From: Parcubacteria group bacterium Gr01-1014_8
GTDB taxonomy: Bacteria > Patescibacteriota > Minisyncoccia > Phycocordibacterales > UBA2100
Direction: 5' to 3'
NCBI GenBank assembly: GCA_007376385.1
Contig: VMGC01000002.1
Coordinates: 1-64,000, forward strand
Length of the DNA: 64,000 bases
A program made the position numbers and the translations under genes. Every line of letters begins with the position of its first letter. Position 1 is the first letter of the stretch. Positions 18,713 through 27,279 of the stretch are shown piece by piece. The notes under the pieces were generated by a model that was not told the DNA's origin, did not search any database, and saw only the letters and a program-made list of their open reading frames with translations.

Positions 18713-18738
18713 CCCTATACCCTAATGGCTAATGGCTA
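18713..18738 (+). repeat. right imperfect inverted repeat flanking the four-helix-bundle gene (overlaps the htpX start)
   Basis: See 18309..18331. Confidence 0.45.
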
Positions 18739-19637
18739 GTCTGTACACCCAAAAAGGAGCGAATATACGGCGGACGTGGCTTCTCATGACCGCGTTCTTT
18801 CTCCTCGTAATCGCGATTGGCTACGTCATGGCGTGGTATCTGGATAATCCAGGCATCCTCTACATCGCCGTCGCATTCAGCATCATGATGAACATCACAG
18901 CATATTGGTTCTCGGATAAGATAGCGTTATCTTCTACGGGCGCGAAAGAAGCAGACCCGACTCAATATCTGGAATTGCATCGTGCTGTCGAGAATCTTGC
19001 TATCACCGCAGGGCTTCCAAAGCCGCGTGTGTACGTCATTGACGACCCTGCGCCAAATGCGTTTGCTGCAGGAAGGAATCCTAAGCATGCGGTTGTTGCG
19101 GTTACTACCGGACTCCTCGCGCGCTTGGAAAAAACAGAATTGGAAGGCGTATTGGCGCACGAACTTTCGCACATTGGGAACAGGGACATTCTCGTAATGA
19201 CAGTAGCCGTCGTCCTCGCGGGATTTGTATCTGTCCTTGCGGATCTCTTCTTGAGATTCAGTTTTTTCAGCGGGGGAAACAGCAACAGTAGAGAGGGGAA
19301 AAATCCCGTGATGCTTATCATGGGTATCGTGGCGATAATTTTGGCACCGATTGCGGCACAATTGATACAGCTTGCGATATCGAGGAAGCGGGAATTTTTG
19401 GCGGACGCCTCCGGCGCGCTCCTCACGCGCTATCCAGACGCGCTAGCCTCAGCACTCAAGAAAATATCTTCGTACCAGGCGCCGATGCGAAGAGCAACAC
19501 ATGCAACTGCGCACCTTTTTATCTCGAATCCATTTGGTGCAGATGGAAGAGGAAAATTCATAGCAAAAATGTTCATGACGCATCCTCCTGTAGAGGAACG
19601 TATTGCCGCACTCGTTGAGATGCGGAATGTGCAATAG
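18732..19637 (+). CDS. htpX: HtpX-like M48 zinc metalloprotease
   Basis: 301-aa ORF with TM segments and an HELSH (HExxH) motif. Confidence 0.9.
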   Translation: MASLYTQKGANIRRTWLLMTAFFLLVIAIGYVMAWYLDNPGILYIAVAFSIMMNITAYWFSDKIALSSTGAKEADPTQYLELHRAVENLAITAGLPKPRVYVIDDPAPNAFAAGRNPKHAVVAVTTGLLARLEKTELEGVLAHELSHIGNRDILVMTVAVVLAGFVSVLADLFLRFSFFSGGNSNSREGKNPVMLIMGIVAIILAPIAAQLIQLAISRKREFLADASGALLTRYPDALASALKKISSYQAPMRRATHATAHLFISNPFGADGRGKFIAKMFMTHPPVEERIAALVEMRNVQ

Positions 19638-19640
19638 CAC

Positions 19641-20189
19641 ATGCACCGTTCTCCATACGGTTTCGTTCGAACCGACATCTGGAGAGAGGGGGATTATCTG
19701 GACTTGTGGAGCGTGCCGCATGTCCTCTCCGGCATCGCGGTCGCGCTCGGGTTGTATGTTTTGAACTTCAGAACGATATCGGCGTTCATCATTGCGTTCC
19801 TTGTGTTCGTGATGTATGAGATGTTCGAGGTGATCGCAAAGATAGAGGAGACGAGAATGAACCGCACACTCGACATAGTAGTGGGAATGGCAAGTTTTGC
19901 GCCGGCATTTTTATTCTCGTCTTATTTTACGTACTACGAACTTGTTCTCGCGTTCGCCGGAATAACTATTGCGGACGGCGTTCTAAGTTTCTTCGGATGG
20001 CGTGAGTCACAAAAAGCAGCGGTGTGGGAAGCAAAGATGCACCATGAATTTATTGAGCAAAGGGCCAAGATGAAGGAGCGCCGGGAGAAACTTAAAGGCC
20101 GATTTCGAAAGGATCGCTATCGAATGAAAAAAGTTGTTCAACGGATAGAGCAAGGCATAGAGCAAGCAGAGTCGAACTTTTCGAAGTGA
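19641..20189 (+). CDS. hypothetical membrane protein
   Basis: 182-aa ORF with 4 predicted TM helices and a basic C-terminal tail. Confidence 0.6.
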   Translation: MHRSPYGFVRTDIWREGDYLDLWSVPHVLSGIAVALGLYVLNFRTISAFIIAFLVFVMYEMFEVIAKIEETRMNRTLDIVVGMASFAPAFLFSSYFTYYELVLAFAGITIADGVLSFFGWRESQKAAVWEAKMHHEFIEQRAKMKERREKLKGRFRKDRYRMKKVVQRIEQGIEQAESNFSK

Positions 20190-20217
20190 GTGCTGGTATT
20201 AGTTATATTTAGAGCCA

Positions 20218-20239
20218 ATATACCGATATATCGGTATAT
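20218..20239 (+). promoter_or_regulatory. perfect 22-bp palindrome ATATACCGATATATCGGTATAT, 3' of the TrpR-like gene
   Basis: Self-complementary. A second copy of the 20-bp core is at 20682..20701. Confidence 0.55.
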
Positions 20240-20251
20240 GCTAGATGAGAG

Positions 20252-20671
20252 TCATCTAGAGCGACGCGATCTAAGCTCCCGAATTCTTTTAGCGTGACGC
20301 GGTCCGGCTATTGATGGCATACCCGCAGAAAGAAATATCTCCAGCGTTTCAAGAAACGAAATATCCGATCTCTTGCCTGTTATCGCATTGCGAATGGGAT
20401 CAAACATGCCTGCCAATAATCTACGATGTAAGCGTTTGATGGTTGAAGTACTTACTTTGAGGGTTTTTTCAATCCGATAGTAGGAGAAATCCTTTTCAAG
20501 CATCACGATGATCGCAAAACGCTTTGCCAGCATGACCTTTTCTGTCGAGGTAAGGAGAGACTGGAGCAACGGCTTGCCTCTATCTGCAGACGTAAAAAAA
20601 GCATTCATCAAGTTGTTGTTAATGCGGTTCTCAATCTTTCTATTCATTGTGTATTTTGATACATGAGTCAT
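20252..20671 (-). CDS. TrpR/YerC-YecD-like HTH DNA-binding protein
   Basis: 139-aa ORF. The helix-turn-helix region (TEKVMLAKRFAIIVMLEKDFSYYRIEKTLKVSTSTIKR) resembles the Trp repressor/YerC family. Confidence 0.55.
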   Translation of the reverse strand: MTHVSKYTMNRKIENRINNNLMNAFFTSADRGKPLLQSLLTSTEKVMLAKRFAIIVMLEKDFSYYRIEKTLKVSTSTIKRLHRRLLAGMFDPIRNAITGKRSDISFLETLEIFLSAGMPSIAGPRHAKRIRELRSRRSR

Positions 20672-20681
20672 ATGTTGCTAT

Positions 20682-20701
20682 TATACCGATATATCGGTAT
20701 A
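20682..20701 (+). promoter_or_regulatory. second copy of the perfect palindrome TATACCGATATATCGGTATA, 11 bp upstream of the TrpR-like gene start (candidate auto-operator)
   Basis: Identical 20-mer core to 20219..20238. Confidence 0.55.
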
Positions 20702-20752
20702 TAGTACTAGTGTCTTTTGAAAAACATTGCTCTGTGACTATACTGCCGTTTT

Positions 20753-20838
20753 GGAGGGTTCGCATAGTGGTCTAGTGCACCACGTTGGAAACGTGGCGTG
20801 GGGAAACCCACCGAGAGTTCGAATCTCTCACCCTCCGA
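20753..20838 (+). tRNA. tRNA-Ser (anticodon GGA)
   Basis: Cloverleaf with a long variable arm. The anticodon loop is TTGGAAA and the T-arm is GAGTTCGAATCTC. CCA is not encoded. Confidence 0.8.
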
Positions 20839-20888
20839 AATTGAGCGAACCGACGACCTCTTATCCTCCGCAACAGGTATAATTAGGC

Positions 20889-21722
20889 GTGATGGCCTTT
20901 CGCTATTTTTCTAAGAACGGAAAGCTGCTTGGGGTGGGAGAGGCGAATATACCGCTCTCAAATATCGAGTACTCATATGGCTTTGGAGTGTACGAGACGA
21001 TCCGCGTTGCGAACAAGACACCGTACTTTCTTGTGGACCATATCGAGCGCTTGGGCGAATCGGCGCGAATGATCGGACTTGAGCATCCATTTGGGGGCGA
21101 AGAAGTAGAGAAATATGTAACGGAACTCATCAAAAAAAATGAGGTCGAAACCGCGAACCTGAAAATGTTACTCATCGGTGCATCTAAGGCAGAAGATGCG
21201 CAGCTGTTCATCATCTGTTTAAATCCGTTGTTTCCTGATAAAAAACTATACCGAGATGGTGCGACATTCATCACATATGAATACGAGCGCGCATTTCCGC
21301 ACGCGAAAACACTCAACATGTTGCAAAGCTATCTTGCCTACAAAAAAGCGAAAGAAGCCGGAGCGTATGATGCACTTCTTGTTAACAGAAATGGCAGCCT
21401 CATCGAGGGAACTCGCACGAATTTTTTCTGCATTCAAGACAAAAACATTTTTACGCCGCGCGAAGAAGAAATATTGCTCGGTGTCACAAGAAAAGCGATG
21501 CTGAAAGTGGCGCTGGATAACGGATACACAGTGCAGGAAGGCGATATATCGTGGGGGGAGATACAAAACAGTGACGGCGCGTTCATCACCAGCACGTCAT
21601 CGAAAATAATTCCCGTGAGATCTATCGACGATACAGAGCTCAAAAGTATTCCTGACTCATTGCGAGACCTCATGCGTATCTTCGATGAATTTTTGGGCGG
21701 ATGCGCTGGAAAAATGGAATGA
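20889..21722 (+). CDS. class IV aminotransferase (branched-chain / D-amino-acid aminotransferase or ADC lyase family)
   Basis: 277-aa ORF with the conserved EGTRTNFF motif and a fold-type IV pattern. Confidence 0.8.
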   Translation: MMAFRYFSKNGKLLGVGEANIPLSNIEYSYGFGVYETIRVANKTPYFLVDHIERLGESARMIGLEHPFGGEEVEKYVTELIKKNEVETANLKMLLIGASKAEDAQLFIICLNPLFPDKKLYRDGATFITYEYERAFPHAKTLNMLQSYLAYKKAKEAGAYDALLVNRNGSLIEGTRTNFFCIQDKNIFTPREEEILLGVTRKAMLKVALDNGYTVQEGDISWGEIQNSDGAFITSTSSKIIPVRSIDDTELKSIPDSLRDLMRIFDEFLGGCAGKME

Positions 21723-21753
21723 TACAATTGCGCTTTGCGTATCAGACCGCACT

Positions 21754-22254
21754 ATGAAATATCTCTTAGCAGTCGTTATTTTCGCTACTGCTGGCGGCCT
21801 TTTCTTCTGGCAAATGAACGTCGCTCAGATGCCTGATACGGCTACTGTGCAGGAAAATGCACAGGCGGGGAACCCATTTGGCGATGATTCTACAGAGGTC
21901 GGGTCTCTCGACGATGATACGAACAGAGAAGTTGAGGTCGAAGACGAAGATGGCGGTACAACGAGTGCAGGAACAGGGACAGCAACCGTTCCCGCTGGCG
22001 GCGCATCCACTGGCTCCGTCATTCGTGCGACGTTAAAACTGCATAACAAGCAGGACGATTGTTGGGTGGCATATAAGAGCGTCGTGTATGATATTACACG
22101 TTGGTTGCCGAGACATCCCGGCTCCGCGGGGGCGATAGTTCCGTATTGCGGTACTGCCGAGGAATTTACCGCAGCGTTTACCAAACAGCATGGTACAAGT
22201 AAGGAAGGACGCTTGAAACAAGAAGCCGTCGTCGAGGGTGCCCTCTCAAATTAA
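21754..22254 (+). CDS. cytochrome b5-like heme-binding domain protein with N-terminal TM anchor
   Basis: HNKQDDCWVAYKSVVYDITRWLPRHPG matches the cyt-b5 family. The start was chosen at MKYLLAVVIF. Confidence 0.6.
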   Translation: MKYLLAVVIFATAGGLFFWQMNVAQMPDTATVQENAQAGNPFGDDSTEVGSLDDDTNREVEVEDEDGGTTSAGTGTATVPAGGASTGSVIRATLKLHNKQDDCWVAYKSVVYDITRWLPRHPGSAGAIVPYCGTAEEFTAAFTKQHGTSKEGRLKQEAVVEGALSN

Positions 22255-22255
22255 T

Positions 22256-22639
22256 ATGAGTACTCAAGGACAATGGGGTCTTACCGTCATACGCGTTGGA
22301 CTTGCAGCTGTGCTGTTATGGTTTGGTAGAGAGCAGCTCCTGCACGCAGCTGATTGGATAGGGTATGTGCCGAACTACGCGATGTCGCTTTCTGGTTTAC
22401 CCGCAACAACGATCGTACTTGCAAATGGTAGCGCGGAAATCGCGTTCGGCCTTCTGCTTTTCCTCGGCCTATTTACAAGAATATCTGCGTTTGTGATGGG
22501 TGTTCATCTTGCGCTGATAGCGTTTTCTCTCGGCTTGAATCAAATTGGCGTCCGCGATTGGGGACTTGCCGCAGCGCTCTTTGGCATTGCGCTTGCCGGG
22601 CCTGGCACTCTAAGCATTGATGGGGATGCGAGTCATTAA
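22256..22639 (+). CDS. DoxX family membrane protein
   Basis: It has four TM helices, and RVGLAAVLLWFGREQL resembles DoxX. Confidence 0.65.
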   Translation: MSTQGQWGLTVIRVGLAAVLLWFGREQLLHAADWIGYVPNYAMSLSGLPATTIVLANGSAEIAFGLLLFLGLFTRISAFVMGVHLALIAFSLGLNQIGVRDWGLAAALFGIALAGPGTLSIDGDASH

Positions 22640-22733
22640 TCTTCCCCTCAACATTAGTTGCGCACAGCGGAAGCTGGCGCGTCTGGTATGAGCCGTTATC
22701 ATTAGAATATCTTACCCGCGTAATGTACCTTGT

Positions 22734-23138
22734 ATGTACGAATTATCACTGTGGTCAATTCTTGGTTCTGCGCTTTCATCAGTCGTTCTTGCTTTCATCT
22801 GGTACAACCCGAAAGTTTTTGGTACTGCGTGGATGCGGCTCTCGAATATCTCCCCGGAAGCGGCCGAAAGGGGAAAGAGGAGGATGCCAATAATGGCCTT
22901 CTTTGCATTTCTTGCCAGCATGATAGTTGCGTATGTGATGACACATTTCGGGATAGCGTGGGGTGTTTTTGATTGGATAGGCGGATTTGAACTTGGTTTT
23001 TGGCTATGGCTTGGGTTTGCCGCACCGGTTCTCCTCGGTTCCGTGCTGTGGGAAGGAAAAAGTTTCAAGTTGTACGCAATAAATGCAGGATATTGGCTCA
23101 TATCACTTATTTTGATGGGCGTTATTCTTTCCTTTTAG
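22734..23138 (+). CDS. hypothetical membrane protein (DUF1761-like)
   Basis: 134-aa ORF with 4 TM helices. Confidence 0.55.
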   Translation: MYELSLWSILGSALSSVVLAFIWYNPKVFGTAWMRLSNISPEAAERGKRRMPIMAFFAFLASMIVAYVMTHFGIAWGVFDWIGGFELGFWLWLGFAAPVLLGSVLWEGKSFKLYAINAGYWLISLILMGVILSF

Positions 23139-23141
23139 CCA

Positions 23142-23603
23142 ATGAGGACGGTTTCAATACTGATCGCGATCCCGATCATCGCGTTTGGCGCGCTATACAT
23201 TTTCTTTTCTTCTGAGTGGTCTCAAAAAAATGGATCTATTGCGGGGAATGAGTTGAAGACGGTTCAGATCGGAGGGGTTCCCGTTAGTGTTACCGTCGTT
23301 GACACTCCCGAGGAGCGAACGCAGGGCCTTAGCGGCCGTGCGGGACTTGCTCAAGATGAGGGTATGCTCTTTGTTTTCCCTAAAGACGGCGATCATGGCT
23401 TTTGGATGAAAGACATGCTCTTTTCGATAGACATTGTCTGGCTCTCGGCTGAAAAAAAAGTGGTCTATATCGAGGAGGGGGTATCTCCCCTCAGCTATCC
23501 ACGCTCATTTAAGCCAACTGCGCCAGCTCGCTATGTTCTGGAGTTGCCCGCGGGGTTCGTGAAGGCGTATACTGTGGACGTAGGAAGCCTTGCAACGTGG
23601 TAA
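23142..23603 (+). CDS. DUF192 domain protein
   Basis: Signal/TM segment followed by ...VSVTVVDTPEERTQGL...GMLFVFP...FWMKDMLFSIDIVWL, typical of DUF192. Confidence 0.65.
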   Translation: MRTVSILIAIPIIAFGALYIFFSSEWSQKNGSIAGNELKTVQIGGVPVSVTVVDTPEERTQGLSGRAGLAQDEGMLFVFPKDGDHGFWMKDMLFSIDIVWLSAEKKVVYIEEGVSPLSYPRSFKPTAPARYVLELPAGFVKAYTVDVGSLATW

Positions 23604-23628
23604 GGGGGATTTACCCCTTTTTGTGGCG
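23603..23628 (+). terminator. putative intrinsic terminator
   Basis: GGGGG-attta-CCCC followed by TTTTTG, directly after the DUF192 stop. Confidence 0.45.
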
Positions 23629-23856
23629 TCGTTCGGACAATATGAAAGCAAGGCTTTCATATTGGTTCCACTCAAGCCGCAATGACACGAGATATCCACA
23701 GTATTGATCGGGTTTCGGACTGGAAAGGCGGGTCTACAATGAGCAGACTTTATTGGGGAGTGTGAACAAGGAGGGACGTGCGGATTTCCGATTGACGGAT
23801 CGGGCGCATAAGAGCCCCCAATATAGAGAAATTTTATTCACGTCATTCAAAGCACC

Positions 23857-26223
23857 ATGACTAACCAGATAGCGGCCAAGGATACGCGACACTCTACACC
23901 AAAAGTGAGGGAGAGTGGTGTCACTTCGAGTGCGATAGCGGGAGTTTACAAAAAATATTTACCGCAAATTCAGAAGCGAGACGGAAGGATCGTTCCGTTC
24001 GGGTTTGACAAAGTAGTGAACGCTATCCAAAAATCAATGGCAGCATCGGGCGAAGGCTCTCATGCAGAGGCTGAAGTTGTCGCGCACAAAGTCGCAGGCG
24101 AAATGGTGCGCATCGCACGTACCTACAAGAACTTTTTGCCGACGGTTGAGGGCTGCCAGGACGAAGTAGAGCGCCAATTGATGCTCTCCGACTATGTTGC
24201 AACCTCGAAGGCATACATTTTGTATCGAGCAGACCGTGCAAAGATACGAAGAGAGCAAGGCGCGGTGCCGGACCACGTAAAAAAATTAGTCGAGGAGAGT
24301 TCAAAGTACTTCAAAGGCAATGCACTTGGTGAATTCGTGTATTTGCGGACATATGCAAGGTGGATAGAAAGCGAACAGCGCAGGGAAACATGGATAGAGA
24401 CCGTTGACCGCTACGTGAATTTCATGAAAGAGAATCTCGGTGACAAGCTCACGAAGCGCGAGTACGCGGAGGTGCGCGACGCCATCCTCAAGCAGGAAGT
24501 GATGCCATCGATGCGCGCGATGCAGTTCTCCGGTGATCCAGCGCGAAAATGCAATACGTGTTTTTACAACTGCACGTTCACGGCGCCGGTAAAATTGGAA
24601 GATTTCGCGGAAATAATGTATCTCTCGATGCAAGGATGCGGCGTTGGATATGCAGTCGAGAGCATCAACATTCAGCAACTTCCGCAGATAGAAAAACAAA
24701 CAGGAGAAAAATTGTCTACACACGTGGTAACCGACACGAAAGAGGGATGGTGCGATGCCTTAACACTCGGACTTCGCACGTGGTATGCGGGGAAAGATGT
24801 TGAGTTCGATCATTCGCTCATACGTCCCGCTGGCGCGCGTCTAAAGACGATGGGCGGAAAGGCATCGGGGCCGGAGCCGCTCCGTTCGCTTCTTGGATTC
24901 GCGCGCGAGAGAATTCTGCGGCGCCAGGGCAGGCGCCTCCGCAACATCGACGCGCACGACATCATCTGCAAAATAGGCGAGTGCGTAGTCGCAGGCGGCG
25001 TTCGCAGAACGGCGATGATCAGTCTCTCCGACTTGGACGATGTGGAGCTGAGGGACGCCAAAAAAGGCCAATTCTTCCTTACTGACCCGTACCGTTCAGT
25101 TGCAAACAATTCCGCCGTCTATGAGACTAGACCTACGAATACTGAACTTATGGACGAATGGGTAGCTTTGATGAAAAGTGGCACAGGTGAACGCGGCATC
25201 TTCAACCGAGGTTCTCTCGCTGCAACGCTTCCGGAGCGCCGATTGAGATTCCTGCAGAAGAAACACGGCAAAAAAAACGGATACATCGGACAGTTGGGGA
25301 CGAATCCGTGCGCGGAGATAATTTTGCAATCAAAACAATTCTGCAATCTCTCTGAAGTTATCGCGCGCGTTGATGATACTGAGAAAACTCTCCTTCGAAA
25401 GGCACGACTTGCGACTCTTCTGGGTACATACCAGTCCACGCTTTCCAAATTCAACTATATCTCTAAGGAGTGGACGGAAAACAACGAAGCAGAGCGGTTG
25501 CTCGGCGTGTCCATCACAGGACAGTGGGACTCTCCCGCTGTTCGAGATCCGAAAGTGATGCGCAAAATGAGAATGGCCACTATTCAGACGAACCAGAAAT
25601 ATGCAAAGCGATTCGGCATCAATACGTCGAATTCAATCACCTGCGTAAAGCCGTCCGGAACCGTGTCGCAGACATTCAATTGCGCATCCGGTCTTCACCC
25701 GCGGCACTCGCAGTATTACATCAGACGCATTCGCATCTCTGCAACCGACTCGCTTTTCAAGATGGTTCGCGACCAAGGGATCCCGCTTCATCCGGAAGTA
25801 GGACAAACAGAAGGAGAAGCGAACACATACGTCCTCGAGTTCCCGGTCAAGTCACCGAACGGTTCTATCTTCAAAAATGACCTCTCTGCGCTTGAGCAGC
25901 TTGAGTACTGGAAGATGGTGAAATTAAATTGGACCGAGCACAACCCATCTGCAACGGTATCTGTGAGCGAAGACGAGTGGATAGCGGTCGTCGAATGGAT
26001 AGAGAAGAATTGGGAGATCATCGGCGGTCTTTCGTTCTTGCCGCGAGATGCGCACGTGTACCGCTTAGCTCCATATGAAGCGATCGATAAAAAAACATAC
26101 GAGCAGATGCAGGCACGATTCCCAAAGATAGACTACTCGAAGCTTGTTATCTACGAGAGAACCGATGAGACAGACAACAAAAAAGAATTGGCGTGCGTAG
26201 GCGGTACGTGCGAGATCATATAG
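23857..26223 (+). CDS. nrdJ: class II (adenosylcobalamin-dependent) ribonucleotide reductase
   Basis: 788-aa ORF with an ATP-cone-like N-terminus and the active-site NPCAEI motif of class II RNR. Confidence 0.88.
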   Translation: MTNQIAAKDTRHSTPKVRESGVTSSAIAGVYKKYLPQIQKRDGRIVPFGFDKVVNAIQKSMAASGEGSHAEAEVVAHKVAGEMVRIARTYKNFLPTVEGCQDEVERQLMLSDYVATSKAYILYRADRAKIRREQGAVPDHVKKLVEESSKYFKGNALGEFVYLRTYARWIESEQRRETWIETVDRYVNFMKENLGDKLTKREYAEVRDAILKQEVMPSMRAMQFSGDPARKCNTCFYNCTFTAPVKLEDFAEIMYLSMQGCGVGYAVESINIQQLPQIEKQTGEKLSTHVVTDTKEGWCDALTLGLRTWYAGKDVEFDHSLIRPAGARLKTMGGKASGPEPLRSLLGFARERILRRQGRRLRNIDAHDIICKIGECVVAGGVRRTAMISLSDLDDVELRDAKKGQFFLTDPYRSVANNSAVYETRPTNTELMDEWVALMKSGTGERGIFNRGSLAATLPERRLRFLQKKHGKKNGYIGQLGTNPCAEIILQSKQFCNLSEVIARVDDTEKTLLRKARLATLLGTYQSTLSKFNYISKEWTENNEAERLLGVSITGQWDSPAVRDPKVMRKMRMATIQTNQKYAKRFGINTSNSITCVKPSGTVSQTFNCASGLHPRHSQYYIRRIRISATDSLFKMVRDQGIPLHPEVGQTEGEANTYVLEFPVKSPNGSIFKNDLSALEQLEYWKMVKLNWTEHNPSATVSVSEDEWIAVVEWIEKNWEIIGGLSFLPRDAHVYRLAPYEAIDKKTYEQMQARFPKIDYSKLVIYERTDETDNKKELACVGGTCEII

Positions 26224-26225
26224 GT

Positions 26226-26354
26226 ATGGCTGACGATGGAACACGCGCGCTTGTTTCTGCAATAGAGAAAATCGCGGCAGAATTGAAAGAGATCAAAGTC
26301 CAGCTTAAATATATCTACGAGTTGCAGAAAACTGACACAGGTCGGCGCTTTTAG
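26226..26354 (+). CDS. possible small protein (42 aa)
   Basis: MADDGTRALVSAIEKIAAELKEIKVQLKYIYELQKTDTGRRF begins 3 nt after the nrdJ stop. It is below the ORF-track cutoff and has weak support. Confidence 0.25.
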   Translation: MADDGTRALVSAIEKIAAELKEIKVQLKYIYELQKTDTGRRF

Positions 26355-26383
26355 TCTCTGAATTATTGTGGCATAATGCTGCC

Positions 26384-26838
26384 CTGCGCTGGGTAGTCGC
26401 CCCGTGAGATAATTGCTCAGATATGTACTACGTGTACGTGCTTTGGGGCAAGGGGTATCTGAAGTTGCGTATCAAACATAGGGAGTAACTATCTCACGGG
26501 GAGGAAAGTCCGGGCACAGGCCCTTTTTGGGCAGCAGGGTAGCGGGTAACGCCCGTACGCCGCAAGGCGAGAGGTGCGAACAGAGACGCTTCCGACGAAA
26601 GGTAGGAAGCATCTCCGAAGGTCGAAAGGCTCTTGGAGACGAGCTCTTCAGGCGACTGGAGAGGTGCAACGGCAAAATCCTTACTTCTGTGCAAGACCGT
26701 GTCCAGTTGGGGTTTTATTCAATTGATAAAACTTCATCTGGAAGAGTCGCTAGAGGTGAGCGGTAACGCTCATCCTAAGATAAATGACTGCACATTCCGT
26801 CTTAGACGGAAGGACAGAACCCGGCTTATAGGCGCAGC
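26384..26838 (+). ncRNA. rnpB: RNase P RNA (bacterial type A-like)
   Basis: It contains the conserved CR-I AGGAAAGTCCGGGC (26501-26514) and CR-V ACAGAACCCGGCTTA (26815-26829). The ends are approximate. Candidate P1/P2 pairing is CTGCGC (26384-26389) with GCGCAG (26832-26837). Confidence 0.75.
26400..26501 (+). mobile_element. copy of the CCCCGTGAGATA/TATCTCACGGGG TIR element (102 bp, no ORF, no TSD) at the RNase P RNA P3 position
   Basis: The TIR cores are at 26400..26411 and 26490..26501. The right TIR abuts AGGAAAGTCCGGGC. Confidence 0.55.
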
Positions 26839-27240
26839 GAAATGAGCGAGGCGAAAAAGCCTCGCTTTTTCGTATCCGAATGAGCAAGCCTAGGAGCGTA
26901 GCGATATAGACGCAGACAGACAGGCGAAGCAGAAATGCTTCGCTTTTCTGCTTCGGAGCAAACGTTAGATCCAGCGAAATGAGCGACCAATTTTTGTTGG
27001 CCGCAGACGTTACAAAAATGGGAGTGCCCCTGTGGTGCGAAACGAAAAAGCTTTGCTTTTTCATTTCCGAATGAGCAAGCTTATATGAGCCTTGGCGAAT
27101 TGAGGCGCAGCGCAGCGAGCAACGCAAACGAGTGTTGCTCGTTTGCGTTTGAACCAGCAAGTTTGGGAGCGTAGCGATATAGCACGCAACAAAAAAGTCA
27201 GCTCGGAAGGCCTCACCTCTTCTTTTTTTCGTATGTTAAA
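26836..27240 (+). repeat. hairpin-rich degenerate tandem repeat region
   Basis: These units repeat: GCGAAATGAGCGA (26837, 26953); CGAAAAAGCYTYGCTTTTTC..TCCGAATGAGCAAGC (26852, 27047); GGAGCGTAGCGATATAG (26893, 27164). There are several 9-10 bp stem hairpins. Confidence 0.6.
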
Positions 27241-27279
27241 ATATCCACTACGCGTTACAAGTGGTAAAATCCTAGATTC

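Noticed and set aside
23640-23856. Cobalamin riboswitch or NrdR boxes upstream of nrdJ
   Set aside because: I could not find the B12-box (GCCACTG-like) core, a convincing riboswitch structure, or a tandem NrdR-box palindrome. This leader was checked by eye only.
26836-27240. Possible CRISPR array in the repeat-rich region after rnpB
   Set aside because: The repeat units are heterogeneous in length and sequence, there is no regular repeat-spacer periodicity, and there are no cas genes nearby.
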